A stretch of 63,307 nt of DNA, the filler included, from Rhabdomonas costata (taxonomy: Eukaryota): the NCBI GenBank assembly GCA_019059605.1. It is 44 parts of 44 records of this genome, joined end to end, with 100 filler letters (N's around TTAATTAATTAA, not from the genome) between each part and the next. Parts side by side here need not be neighbours in the genome. Positions count along the whole stretch, not along the records: positions 12,968 to 14,309 come from JAHMHO010018809.1; positions 14,410 to 15,751 come from JAHMHO010018810.1; positions 15,852 to 17,192 come from JAHMHO010018811.1; positions 17,293 to 18,634 come from JAHMHO010018812.1; positions 18,735 to 20,076 come from JAHMHO010018813.1; positions 20,177 to 21,518 come from JAHMHO010018814.1; positions 21,619 to 22,960 come from JAHMHO010018815.1; positions 23,061 to 24,402 come from JAHMHO010018816.1; 36 more parts are not named here. One strand, written 5' to 3'. The notes under the pieces were generated by a model. That model had not been told where the DNA came from. It saw nothing but the letters and a program-made list of their open reading frames with translations, and did not search any database. This document shows, piece after piece, positions 13,791 to 25,076 of this stretch (the first letter of the stretch is position 1; each line of letters opens with the position of its first letter). Position numbers and translations under genes: made by a program.

Positions 13791-15177
13791 GTACGCCATT
13801 CCACCGGTTTGCATTGGCTTTGATGTGTTGAACGAATTAATGTCGACTTCATGTTATTGTTATTACGTCGCAGTTGCTCGCAGTTGCGGCTTGGTTTTAT
13901 GTTATGGGTGTAAGTATTTGGTGGCGATGCTGTGTTCATGTTTTTCTCCCATTGACCGGAATTTTGATTCACTTTCTTGAGCTCATTGAACGTAACAGGA
14001 TTTTCATATCGCTGAAAGCACCCCTCACCCACACCATGCCTCCCATTTGCAGTTACACAGTAAACAATACACACATCGGAAGCCTTCTCCAGCCTTTCAT
14101 TTCGTGAACTTTTCTTGTTAATTGGAAGTGGAAGAGAACAGAACGTGGTGGAATTGCTTCTGCTTCTGGGATAATTCACAACCCTGCATCTGCGTTAACT
14201 GCCCAACAGAGTCGTTGGTGCTGTGCTTTGAGTGTTTGGTACCGCTGAGCCTGTTTTCGCTCAACACTTTGTCCCAGGTTGAGAGAAAATAGGCTCAGCG
14301 GTACCCAACNNNNNNNNNNNNNNNNNNNNNNNNNNNNNNNNNNNNNNNNNNNNTTAATTAATTAANNNNNNNNNNNNNNNNNNNNNNNNNNNNNNNNNNN
14401 NNNNNNNNNTTTGTTCCACGCGGGGACCGACCACTCCAACAATAGAGCCGGGGCAGTCAGCCAAAAAAAAACCCGAGTGGAGCAAACCAAGAAAAAGCAA
14501 TACGGAGACGGTAAGTGAAGAGACAGGGGGGGGGGAAATAATGAGGTCTTTGGCAGGCCAAGGAATGAAGCCCCACATGTTAGGAGAACAGCAATTGCAC
14601 CACGTGGTTTCGGACTCCATTTTAAAAGAGCGGAGAACCGCAACAATTCAAGTTCTTTTGTAGCTCTGGTAACCAAAAAGTTGGCAAGGTTGTGCGAAGA
14701 ATGGTCGGGATCAGAATATAGAACTGAGAGCTTTGCTTTGAGAGTGCAAGCAGGAGTGAAAGGAGCGAGGTCTGAGCAGAGCAGCTTGACTGATCTCATG
14801 CACTGCTGGTGTGACTGACGTTTCGAGCCCCCTCCCTCCCCCCTGGAGTGGTTACGCCACGTTGCCTTTGGACGCTTTTCGGGTTCTTTGAAACTGCAGG
14901 GTTTGAACTCGGGTTTACGTGGGACCCTTCCCATCTGAAATCGGAGGATGAGTCGGGTTCTGCGGAATCTGAGATGATAAGGCGTAAGAGTGAGAGGAGA
15001 GGAAGGGATAAACGGAGATTTGTTTTGAGAGAGAGGAGGGGGGGTGAGAGTAACCAAATCTATCCCGTTATGGCTTCCAAACTTCAAAGACCAAACTCTG
15101 GCGTTTCGTTTTTGTGCAGGTAAGGGCGCAAGAGAAGCCGCAAGCCGCCCAACCGTAACCCCCCTCTTGTCACACAC

Positions 15178-15474
15178 CTGAGAGGGAGCACCCGGCGCAG
15201 CGGCAGGGGCCCGCATGGTCGGGGGCACGGCAACTGACGTTGGCGAGGGCCCCACGAAGCCCAGGTCCTCCGCCCCTGCGCCCCTGCCGCCTTCCGAGCG
15301 TACCGTGGGTACGGAGAGCGGGGAGGTTAGCGAAGCCCCAACCAGAGTGGGCGGAGCCAGGGTCAGCCGCGGCGAGGCCGGCGAGAGCATCGGGTCCTCA
15401 GTCGGGAAGAGCTGCGGCTGCCCCTGTGGCGGTGCCCGCGAGAGGGGAACACAGACCCCGTTGCTGCACAGCAT
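15178..15474 (-). CDS. Probable Pro/Ala/Ser-rich exon, unidentified
   Basis: GC-rich open frame ending CAG|gtgtgtg. Confidence 0.35.
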
Positions 15475-15851
15475 TTGATTTCGTGCGATGGCAGACGGGG
15501 ATGGAAGTCAGGGAAAGAGGGAAAGAGGGGAGGGAGGAGAGCCTGGGAGGGTGCCTGGGCCTCCGCCAGCTCCACATGGGGTTCCAAAGGATGTCATTTT
15601 GGGTGCTCTTTCTCAAGAGCAGAGCAAAACGTTGAACACCCTGTTTTGTTTCTTCCCACCAAACAAACAAAACAAAGGCAAGGGGCGAGCCCCTTGAGGA
15701 AAGGCAGGGCCTTGAGTCTAGGGGTCCAGAAATGCGGCGCTAAGCTGGGCANNNNNNNNNNNNNNNNNNNNNNNNNNNNNNNNNNNNNNNNNNNNTTAAT
15801 TAATTAANNNNNNNNNNNNNNNNNNNNNNNNNNNNNNNNNNNNNNNNNNNN

Positions 15852-17192
15852 GGTTCATCCCTGGATGCCAGATTGATCTAAGAGAGAGGATCAAGCACCT
15901 ATACGATGTGCTCTTTTTGGCCTGCCAGAGGTTCGGTATCACCCACCCCACCGCCATTGGTATTGGCATGGGGAACTACTTGGGCAATGTGGAGAAGTAC
16001 AAAATCATCGTCACGTACCACGAGGCCATATTTGAGCTGCTGGAGGCTAAAGGTTTCCCTTCACCTTGGAAACCTTCCTCTCGTTTGGTTTATGAGCAAG
16101 CCATGTTAACTGTCCATAAATAACGTTAGGTGGGCCTCGAAGAAAAATTCAATTTTCAATTTTCGAATAAGGACCCTTGGAGTGGTTGCCTATGTGACCT
16201 CGGTGCTCTTGTGGTCCATGGGTGTACCATGGGTGTAATGTCTCAAAAATGGACACACGCACAGCGATCCGCCTGCGAATGGAAACATGCAGGCGCCCGG
16301 ACTTGCAATCGCAAGAAACATGCACACGCAGTGGGCAAAGCCCAATCTTAGACGCTGCTTGGAATGCTCCTGCTCAGCAATATCGCTGGCGGTTGACCTT
16401 AAGGGGCAGGGTTCCTTTCGTGTGTTTTTGACGTTTGCTTTCCAGCACTGGAAGTGTAATCATGCATCACCTAGTTGCAAAGCAGAAATTGAGCAACGGC
16501 ACACTCTTTTCTTTGCAGATTATGGTTTCAGCACGTTTTACCTAAACTCGGGTGACGGTCACTATGCTGGAAGAGGTGTGCTGTTGTCAAAATCTTGGAG
16601 CTTTAATTGTCGAGTGTGCTTCCACGAAAAAGATGGACTCGCCCTTGCGGCCGCCTTGGCCGGCAAGGGCTTTTCCACTGCTTACATTCATCCGACGGAC
16701 TTTGTTGCGGTGATGCAAGGCTGCGCGGGCAACCGATGGGCATGTGGAACGGGCCGGGAGTTTTCCGCTTGTGAGGCACTTGTGGCCAGCTCGACCGCCA
16801 TTCTTGCTCGCTCCAATATATGCAGCATCTGGAGTGGGATCTCCGAGCGTGACCGAGTAATCTGCTTCACTTTCAGTCAGGGCGCGAGCCCTCGTGAGCG
16901 CGCAGACTACTATGCCCACGCTCGCTTCTCGTCAGAGAGGATAGTTGAGGAGAGTCCGAGTGGAGGAAGGTTCACCTTCCAATTCCGCGGGAAAGAAGCG
17001 CGTATTTTTATCCGCCGTGTGATTTGGGTGAACAATGATTCTGCTGTGGATAAGGCACTCACGCCGCTTTTGCACTTACTGGTAAAGGAAAAAGTTAAGG
17101 TCGTTCAGGCGAGAAACACGGATGAGTGCTTAAAGCTGTTGAACGAGGGCAATCAGGACAAACGCAGGGATGTGAAGGAAGGAGTTGAGGTG
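15852..17192 (+). CDS. Euglenozoan paraflagellar-rod Par1b-like domain protein (tentative), partial; exons <15852-16052 and 16519->17192
   Basis: Spliced frame AIGIGMGNYLG...YHEAIFELLEAK|DYGFSTFYLN...FNCRVCFHEKDGLALA...IHPTDFVAVMQG..G..W..G.G...SSTAILA; GT-AG join in phase. The gene model is good; the family name is recalled from kinetoplastid proteins and unverified. Confidence 0.5.
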
Positions 17193-18828
17193 NNNNNNNN
17201 NNNNNNNNNNNNNNNNNNNNNNNNNNNNNNNNNNNNTTAATTAATTAANNNNNNNNNNNNNNNNNNNNNNNNNNNNNNNNNNNNNNNNNNNNGGTTTGGT
17301 GGGTCCACCCTCAATCATCTTGGTGTTGTTGCGCCGCGCCATTCCGGATGATTGAGGGTGGACCCAGCGATTCTAAACCCAGCCCCAATTTGTAGCCAGA
17401 TGTCCCGCCAGACCCACAAAATATACCATGAGCTTCAACAGAACCCATTTTAGCAGAACCCAAATATCTCTGCGAGTATTTATTGTTTCACAAAAACTCG
17501 GAGATAATTTATTTCAAAAATTTCGAAAATTTTCCAAAAAAAACATTTTTTACAAAAACAGCATTTCGAATTTGCTGCGCAAGCGCATGGTAGCAGGGAT
17601 AGTATTGGGGATGTCATGAAAGGCACCTGCGGTAGGATCGGCTTCCTCGTCGTATCTTCTCACGTCTCCGTCCTGTTTCCTGGTATCGGACGTTTCCCGA
17701 TATCGACTTCCGTGGTCCTTTGCGTTTGGGTATCATGCCGGAATGCTGACATTTTTCCGGGGTTGATTTTCCCACGCGGCATCCTTCCAACAAATGTGCC
17801 CCCGTTCAAATGGTAGCCGCGATATTTTCGTTGGATGTTGCGGCTTGCCATCATCATCAACATCATGTGGTGCTTCTGGTGTTTTTAAGGAGATGAGAAG
17901 AGCGATTGGAATGGTCCTGCTACGGTGGTATTGTTGGATTTTAAGTTTCCTCAGCCAGGTAGTGGTTATGCGTAGCCTTGCCCTTCGGTCTCATTCCCCC
18001 CACCGTGTCCATATTTTTTGCATCCTTGCATGGCCCATCTTTGCTTACGATGTCCGTGGAATGGTGGAAGGTATGGCCGACATATCATTCAGCCTTGGTA
18101 ATGGCATTGACTTGCACTCATTTCACTGGTTTTCAGCCTGAACATCGCGGTAGACCTTGTGTTGTTGGCGGCTTCTTGAATGTATTTGGTTTTTCTGACA
18201 TAACCATATGGTGGTTGGAACTTTTGAAATTTTTCACGCAACCCCATGTCTCACTTTCAACCTATGGTGTTGGATGTCAACATGGCGGTGTATCGGCCTC
18301 GGCATCCTCCTTTTTGAGTGGTTGCATCTGGAGGTTGAGACGGATGGATGCCGGCGTCCCGCATAGAGGTTGTGGAAACGCATCAATACCGTCACCAATA
18401 CCAGCCAACATGACGCAGGCCACCAAACCGCACACCAAGCCCAGAACCAGCCACCACAACCACACAACCCGACACCATTGCCCACACAACCAGCCATGCC
18501 GCAGCATATCACCATGACCCAATACCCTCCACACCCTCCAGCTCCAAATCCATGGACACAAACACTCTATAAGCTACATAGCCAGACCCATGTGTTGGTG
18601 TAAATGTTGCTATTGTGATGTGTCCCACCACTGANNNNNNNNNNNNNNNNNNNNNNNNNNNNNNNNNNNNNNNNNNNNTTAATTAATTAANNNNNNNNNN
18701 NNNNNNNNNNNNNNNNNNNNNNNNNNNNNNNNNNGGTGGTGGTGTAGTTGCTTTATCATCATCTGGTTCAAATTCCACTGTAAATTCCATCGCAATAGGT
18801 GTGAGCGATGTGAGTCTGTGGCTTTATT

Positions 18829-19568
18829 TCGTGAACCATATTTACAGGCGTTACGTCTGTAACGTAATAAAGCCACAGACTCACATCGCTCACACCTATT
18901 GCGATGGAATTTACAGTGGAATTTGAACCAGATGATGATAAAGCAACTACTCCACCAGCTGGGAATGTTCCAGATACAGATAAGATCTCATTTATCCAAT
19001 TTGAATTTACGTTAAAATCAATTTCAACTTTAGTATGTGGAGGAATCCATTCATTACTTTGAAATAATGGGAACGGTAAAGACCAAGTTAAAGTCTGCTC
19101 TTGAAACGTATTGAGTAAAAGTTTGCATTTATTAGCATAAGCAATACGTGCTGTATCACTAATAGTGTCAGCTATTGATTGCGGGATAATGGGATTCGTC
19201 GACTCTATAGTTTCTTGCATGCTCTTTGTGTCATAAATAGTGCGAAACAATGTGTTTGTGGCAGGTAATTCGTTCATATTGGATATCATCTTATCATTCA
19301 CTAATACTTTCCCAGTGGAGAAAAGCAGAGAGACAGGATTTTTTGAAAAGTAAGGAGCTCCAACACCAGAAATATTCTGTAATGGTGTATGGACACCTGC
19401 ACCGTCTACTTGATCAACTCGAAGTTTTACAGCTAAAAAGCATTCTCTAGGCTTGCACCATTTATTCGTTGGTGTTTTAAATGTGAAGGGAATTTGACCG
19501 TTGAAATTTGACCATTGCACAGACTGGCTAGACTTACAAACAACATATTCGTATCCTTTAGGCGCCAT
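18829..19568 (-). CDS. Probable double-jelly-roll major capsid protein of a Polinton/Polinton-like virus, N-terminal jelly roll (3' end truncated by a fold-back)
   Basis: Intronless and AT-rich; the ordered motifs YEYVVC / GQIPFTF / CFLAVKLRV / NPVSLLFSTGKVLVNDKMIS / LTWSLPFPLFQSNEWIPP / KVEIDFNV / IGVSDVSLWLYYV follow the Polinton MCP strand pattern. Confidence 0.7.
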
Positions 19569-19630
19569 TGTTTATAATCTATACTAAGAAAATAATTATT
19601 TTGTTTCTTGTAACAAAATAGTTATTAGAT

Positions 19631-20076
19631 TTATAATACAAGAATTTTCTTCTTCTTTTTTTGTTTATCTGTTATAACTCGATTTTTTTGTATTACCGTA
19701 GAATCTATATCCATATTAGTAGGAAGTACTGGTTTATCTTTTTGTTTTGTTTTGGTTGTTCGTTTCTTCCCACGTGTTGCTATAGGCATTTGCTCTGAAT
19801 TTAACATTTTTTCAATTTCATCGTTATATACATTGAATTCATGAGATTTCATATTGGCTTTAGCTAATTCTTCAGTTATTGATCGTTTTATGTCTGATTT
19901 TAGTTTTGGCTCTTTTTGTATTACATCAAACACATTTATAATATGTTCCGCTTGTTCTTTACTTAGATTAGAATCACGTTTTAAAATATTATCTATTTTT
20001 TGTTTACGTTCTTCTTCTTTCATTCTTTTGTATTCTTTTTCTTTGGCAATTATAATATCATGTTCACTTTTTGGTT
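19631..20076 (-). CDS. Lys/Glu-rich intronless virus-like hypothetical protein, open to the contig edge, 62 bp upstream of the capsid-like gene
   Basis: Very AT-rich open frame on the same strand with a basic C-terminus (RGKKRTTKTKQK, KQKKKKK). Confidence 0.6.
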
Positions 20077-20258
20077 NNNNNNNNNNNNNNNNNNNNNNNN
20101 NNNNNNNNNNNNNNNNNNNNTTAATTAATTAANNNNNNNNNNNNNNNNNNNNNNNNNNNNNNNNNNNNNNNNNNNNGGGTGTGGTGGCTCGCTCGCTTGA
20201 CGCGCGCAATGTTGTGGAGCAGGGCATAGGATTTTCTTCCCGCCCTTCGCACACGCAG

Positions 20259-21329
20259 TTCATTGGGGACTGCATCATGGCGCTGTGGAATGCCCCGCGG
20301 ACTCTGCCGGGGCACCAGCGGGCGGCGTGCCTGGCGTCGCTACGGATGCAGACCCAGTTGCTCAAGCTTTGGGAGAGGTGGGAGACCGAGCCGGGGGTGC
20401 CCCTGCTGCGGTTTGCTTGCATTTTTGTGTGTTCATGTCCATTCTTTGTTGGTTTGTAGTGTGGGTTGTATCGCCTCTGCCTTTGTAGAAGCGCAGATCT
20501 GCTTTTTAGATGGATGCTTGGTAAACTTTCGCCCGCACATCGCCAGTGGCTGAGAACAGTTCCTTTTGTATGATTGGAAGATTCAAACATCTTTGACTAT
20601 TGCGCTATCTTGTTTGTGTTATAGGGTCGTTGCGGTTTGGTCACTTGCACTTGTCAGTTGTAAAAAACGTCACTCGGCCGCCAACCTCATCCACAACAAT
20701 TCCAATTGGTGCGCAAAGCCAAATGCGAAACGCTTCACACTGTCACACGTTTCATGCCCATTCCACTCCAAAAAAATACCATTGTCGCTTGCTGATTGAT
20801 GTCTGTACCCCATTTCTAATCGGCACCCTCGCTCAGGTTCCGCTGTGGGATAAACACGGCGCGGGTTATGGTGGGAAACTTCGGCTGCGACTACCGGATC
20901 TCCTACACCGTGATGGGCATGCCCTGCACGCGCGTTCCCCCCATTCCCTCCCCCAAACACATAGAAAGTCCTTTGGAACCTGTTGCTGACCTTCTTCCCT
21001 GGGCTTTTCTTGAGGAGTCTGCTGGATTTTTTGTTTGCGTCCGTGGGGGTAATGCATTTTTCTTGCATCAAGGGTGGTGTCACAGTTGCTTTTTGCGGGC
21101 AATTGAGTGAGGCTCAATCACTTCGTTCTTCCATAACTTAGCAGATTCACCCCTATCCACTCTCATCCACACCATTCCCAACTCCACCACGTCATCCTAT
21201 TTTGAACTTGCCTTTGCAAGCAACTGCACTCGTACACGCACACACATAGCCAGCGCGCTGTGTTCACAACACACGCACATCTCAGGAGACGGGGTCAACG
21301 TGGCCAGTCGCCTGGAGTCCGCCAACAAG
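20259..21329 (+). CDS. Class III adenylate/guanylate cyclase catalytic domain, partial; exons 20259-20410, 20837-20916, 21286-21329
   Basis: FIGDCIMALWNAP...R|FRCGINTARVMVGNFGCDYRISYTVMG|DGVNVASRLESANK; the second intron must be GC-AG. Confidence 0.9.
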
Positions 21330-22273
21330 GTGCGGTGGAGGGAGGGGGGTCCGTGAGTCCGTGCCATTTTCCAACAGTACAACCATCACATTTTTTGACC
21401 TTGCCCTGCGGTTATTTGCCGTTCAGCAGCGGCTTTCAGCATGAACTTCATGAGGTGTGGTTGCAATCTTTGCCAACCGGAACCATCGGGGGCGCTAGTG
21501 CGTTTATGCCCCCCCACCNNNNNNNNNNNNNNNNNNNNNNNNNNNNNNNNNNNNNNNNNNNNTTAATTAATTAANNNNNNNNNNNNNNNNNNNNNNNNNN
21601 NNNNNNNNNNNNNNNNNNTGTGTTGGTGTGTTTAGTGTGGTGGTTCAAGTCAAATTTGACTCCTTTTGGGGCTCCTGGACAACTCATAGGGAAGCAAGGG
21701 AGGGTCATGGTGCGAGAAGCACGGGGAGGGCTCGCGAAAGAGTACCAAAACGAGGGTCTTTACCTTGCCTTAACCTTTTCCTTTCGGCCGGTGGTGCTCC
21801 TTGGTGCTCTTTCTTGCCCCCTATCCAGATGGAGACAACCTCATTTGTGCCATTGCAATGGGACAGCCACAGAAACCCAACGTGCCACTTTGATTCGAGA
21901 ACAATAACTTAGGCGGAGTTGGATCCATCGCCGCCGAAACAGAGCATACAGTGGAAAGCACAGCAGAGCTGGTTGCGGTGGCCAAAGATGTCGCGATGGG
22001 TGTGGGAAGACAAAACACGTGGAAACGGTAGAGGCGCAATGCCGAAGCGCAGACGTCAGCGATTGTCAAAATGAACCACTAAAGCAGTCTTGTGCCAAAT
22101 GAAAAAGCGGGAAAGGAGAGAATTCAAATGAGTTTGAGTTCAACCAAAACAGGCAGACATGAAGAAAACCAGCACAAAGGGGTGCAGAGTATGCGTGTGT
22201 AGGAAGGGTGGGATATCCGAACCCAACACCTCAGAAGGACGGGTGGGTATATAGGTCTGGGAAGAACTCACAC

Positions 22274-22378
22274 CACCGCAGCACTCTGCCTCCGTGCAGA
22301 CCGCCCCGGCGCACACAGTGCTGGCATTGTTGGGAGACAGCACAACAGGACACACGAAGCCGTAGCTGCCGCAGGTAC
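22274..22378 (-). CDS. Cysteine-rich repeat module exon (TCGSYGFVC...VCAGAVCTEAECC), likely surface or secreted protein
   Basis: 105-nt symmetric phase 1-1 exon with AG/GT borders and six Cys ending in CC. Confidence 0.6.
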
Positions 22379-23213
22379 CTGTGCGTCAAGGCACAAGAAG
22401 TTGACAAATACAAAAATGGGTCCACGGCCACAGCAGCTGGGGTCAAACAATTCCGGCTTCGGGCGCATATCCGCAATTGAGGGAGGATCCCGCTGATTTA
22501 TAATGGAGGAGGGGAGGCGCGGGCGAAGAAACCCTACACGCCCACTTACGCGCGCATCAGCCCAACAAAAATCAAAACACCCACGACAACTGGGTGGTTT
22601 CACATTCAGCCGTCCTCCACACCCTCACTAATCGTCTGATCGGAAATGACAAGGGGGGAGGAGAGGGCAGGACCACTGTAGAGTCTAAAAACGTCAGCCC
22701 ATTCGCTGGGCGGCATATCCCATCGTCCCCTTCACGAGCAGACCGGACTGGGCCAGACCACACCAGATACACAACACTGACTCGAGCACTTGAGCTCGAG
22801 GGTGGTTGGTAAAGGTTTGAAGGCCAGTTGAAGCACTGGATATGTACACTTCAACTTTCAGGTTGGTCTTTTTCATGCGCCCCATGTTACCTATATTCGC
22901 TTAGTGCGGGAAGGTGGCTACTGTGGGACGTAATTTAATCAACAGGGCATACAAAAAACCNNNNNNNNNNNNNNNNNNNNNNNNNNNNNNNNNNNNNNNN
23001 NNNNTTAATTAATTAANNNNNNNNNNNNNNNNNNNNNNNNNNNNNNNNNNNNNNNNNNNNAGACCCTACCATCCGTCCTACAACGTTCTGTTTCTCTGCC
23101 CAATTGGCATGGAAGGAGGGCCAGCCAGGTTGGTGGATCGGGTAAGGATAGAATGGGACGGGCTTTTCCCGTCACACTCCTCATCTGACTGTTGGGTTAT
23201 GATAGGTTGGCTG

Positions 23214-24275
23214 TTAGCACTCCTCCACTGCGAGTTCCTTCACGGATCTCGTGGGGACCGACGGGAGGTTTGGCAGGCTCTCCGACTGCGACGAGGACGC
23301 GGAGAGTGCCGTGCCCGAGGTACGCCCCGCAGCACGGTCACGGTGCGCGGCAAAGACGTACGCCCCCATCGCCGCCTCCAGCCCCAGCTCCACCTGAAAG
23401 GAACACCCCACATACGCACTGGCACTGGGCGGAAAACACTTTCCTCCGATCACGAAACCCCTGGGAGAGATTATTTTTTGCGCGAAGGGTAGCGCTGTGA
23501 AGCAAACACCCGAGCGCCATACCTTTCTCTGGAATTGCAACAGAAGGCCAGGATGGGGTTCGGAAGCGGTGCATGAGTGAATGTGGGTGTGGGTGGGGGG
23601 GCTGGTGGCTCCGCCAGCGTTAGGTCCGTTCCGAAGTTTGTTGCGTAACGCTTGTCATGAATAATGTTCGCTGTTTGCGGGGTGAATAGGGGTATGGGGG
23701 CGAAATGGACCAAGTTTTCACCGACCGGTCCTCAGCTCCTCCCTCGCCGCATTTGGTCGTCTCTTTGCATCGCCTGTCTCTCTGTGGGACCTCTCCCGTG
23801 TCGCGGCCTCTACCCTCCCGTGCGTACGCCACTGATGTTCTGCGATGCCGACCCTGAAAGCGTGAGACCGAGAGTGTGTCCGTTCAATATCTAACGATAC
23901 TGTGGATTAGCAATCAACGCAAAGCAAAAATCGGATATTCAGGAAGCAAAACAACACAAGGAAATCCCTGCTCCTAGAAAGAACGCCACAACAACAGAGG
24001 GCCCGAAATGTCCCTGCCATGGATTTCAAATCATTTCCTCTTCGGCTTGTGCCATTTCGCAGAGACAGTTTCTTCTTTAAAGCAAAATGAGGGACCTGAA
24101 GCTCCCTCGGGGGATTCAGCAGGCTCCTCTTCACGAAGTACGCCGACACGTTGCCGAAGCCCTTCGCATACACCGTCCGTGGGGCCTCAAAGGTGAACGT
24201 CGAGCGGGGGTCCCCGGCCTGCACAGCCTTGAAGGCGCTCTCCGAGCACAGGACCATCATGGGCTCACTGCTGCT
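23214..24275 (-). CDS. Class III nucleotide cyclase C-terminal part; exon 24275-24096 and a probable later exon from 23393
   Basis: SSSEPMMVLCSESAF...FTFEAPRTVYAKGFGNVSAYFV fits the cyclase C-terminal motif (ES...P..I.+S...KGKG.+.TY). Confidence 0.7.
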
Positions 24276-24944
24276 CTGCGGCGTGCAAGAGAGAGAGAGA
24301 GAGGAGAAAGAGCGCGCGGCCAGTTCAACGAGTTGTCAAAGCAAAGCGCACAACGAAGAGATGATTAGCGGGAAAGAAACAATCTTTATCAACCCCACCC
24401 CANNNNNNNNNNNNNNNNNNNNNNNNNNNNNNNNNNNNNNNNNNNNTTAATTAATTAANNNNNNNNNNNNNNNNNNNNNNNNNNNNNNNNNNNNNNNNNN
24501 NNCCACAAACATCTGGGTAGGATGGGGACTTTTTCCAATATCCCATCCGCAGAAAAACAGATGAAGTCCATTCCATTCATACCCATTTCTACGGTGATTT
24601 CATTGGAGCCAAATTTTGTGCTAGAACGTTATATCCCAAAAGGAATCGGAAGGGTTTTCTGATTTGGAGCTGGAAGGGACAAATATAGGAAAAATCTCGA
24701 TAGATACATTTCATTCAACTTTTTGACACCTGATGATCGAGAGCCTTCCATCGTACCAAGTGGCTCATTTTTGGTTGTTTCTTTCTTTTTTTCTTTTTTC
24801 GTTCGTTCTTTCTATCAGAAAATATCCGACGACAAACCTTACCAAAAACTGGTCTTGTTCTACCTCTTGGTTTTTTTTATTTTGATTAGTCCATAGATGG
24901 GATAAGAGGCGCAAGGGGAAAGGCAGCAACCACCAAACAGGCAA

Positions 24945-25076
24945 ATGGGGTCAAACCAAAGCCGTCCCACCGAATATTCCGTTCGAGACGAAGCCAAACA
25001 ATACAAGCTATACGCGCGATGGTTTTCCGAAGCCAAAGATTTTGATCCGTGCTACCGGCGCAAAGGAGCGCGTCGG
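24945..25076 (+). CDS. Possible first exon (MGSNQS..., N-myristoylation-like start) after a long pyrimidine tract
   Basis: T-rich tract and AG near 24888 (possible trans-splice acceptor), MGxxxS start, GT donor. Confidence 0.3.

Noticed and set aside
18735-18958. Long inverted repeat that could be a viral hairpin end or terminal inverted repeat
   Set aside because: It lies inside the capsid ORF at the contig tip, and the terminal copy has tail mismatches. It is a fold-back read chimera, so the last ~18 aa of the listed ORF are artifactual
19620-19632. TCTA motif like the CroV/mavirus late promoter
   Set aside because: A 4-mer in AT-rich DNA about 57 nt from the ATG is not significant on its own
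18735-21518. Apparent linkage of the virus-like contig with neighbouring genes
   Set aside because: Adjacent contigs are unlinked, so no operon or integration site can be inferred
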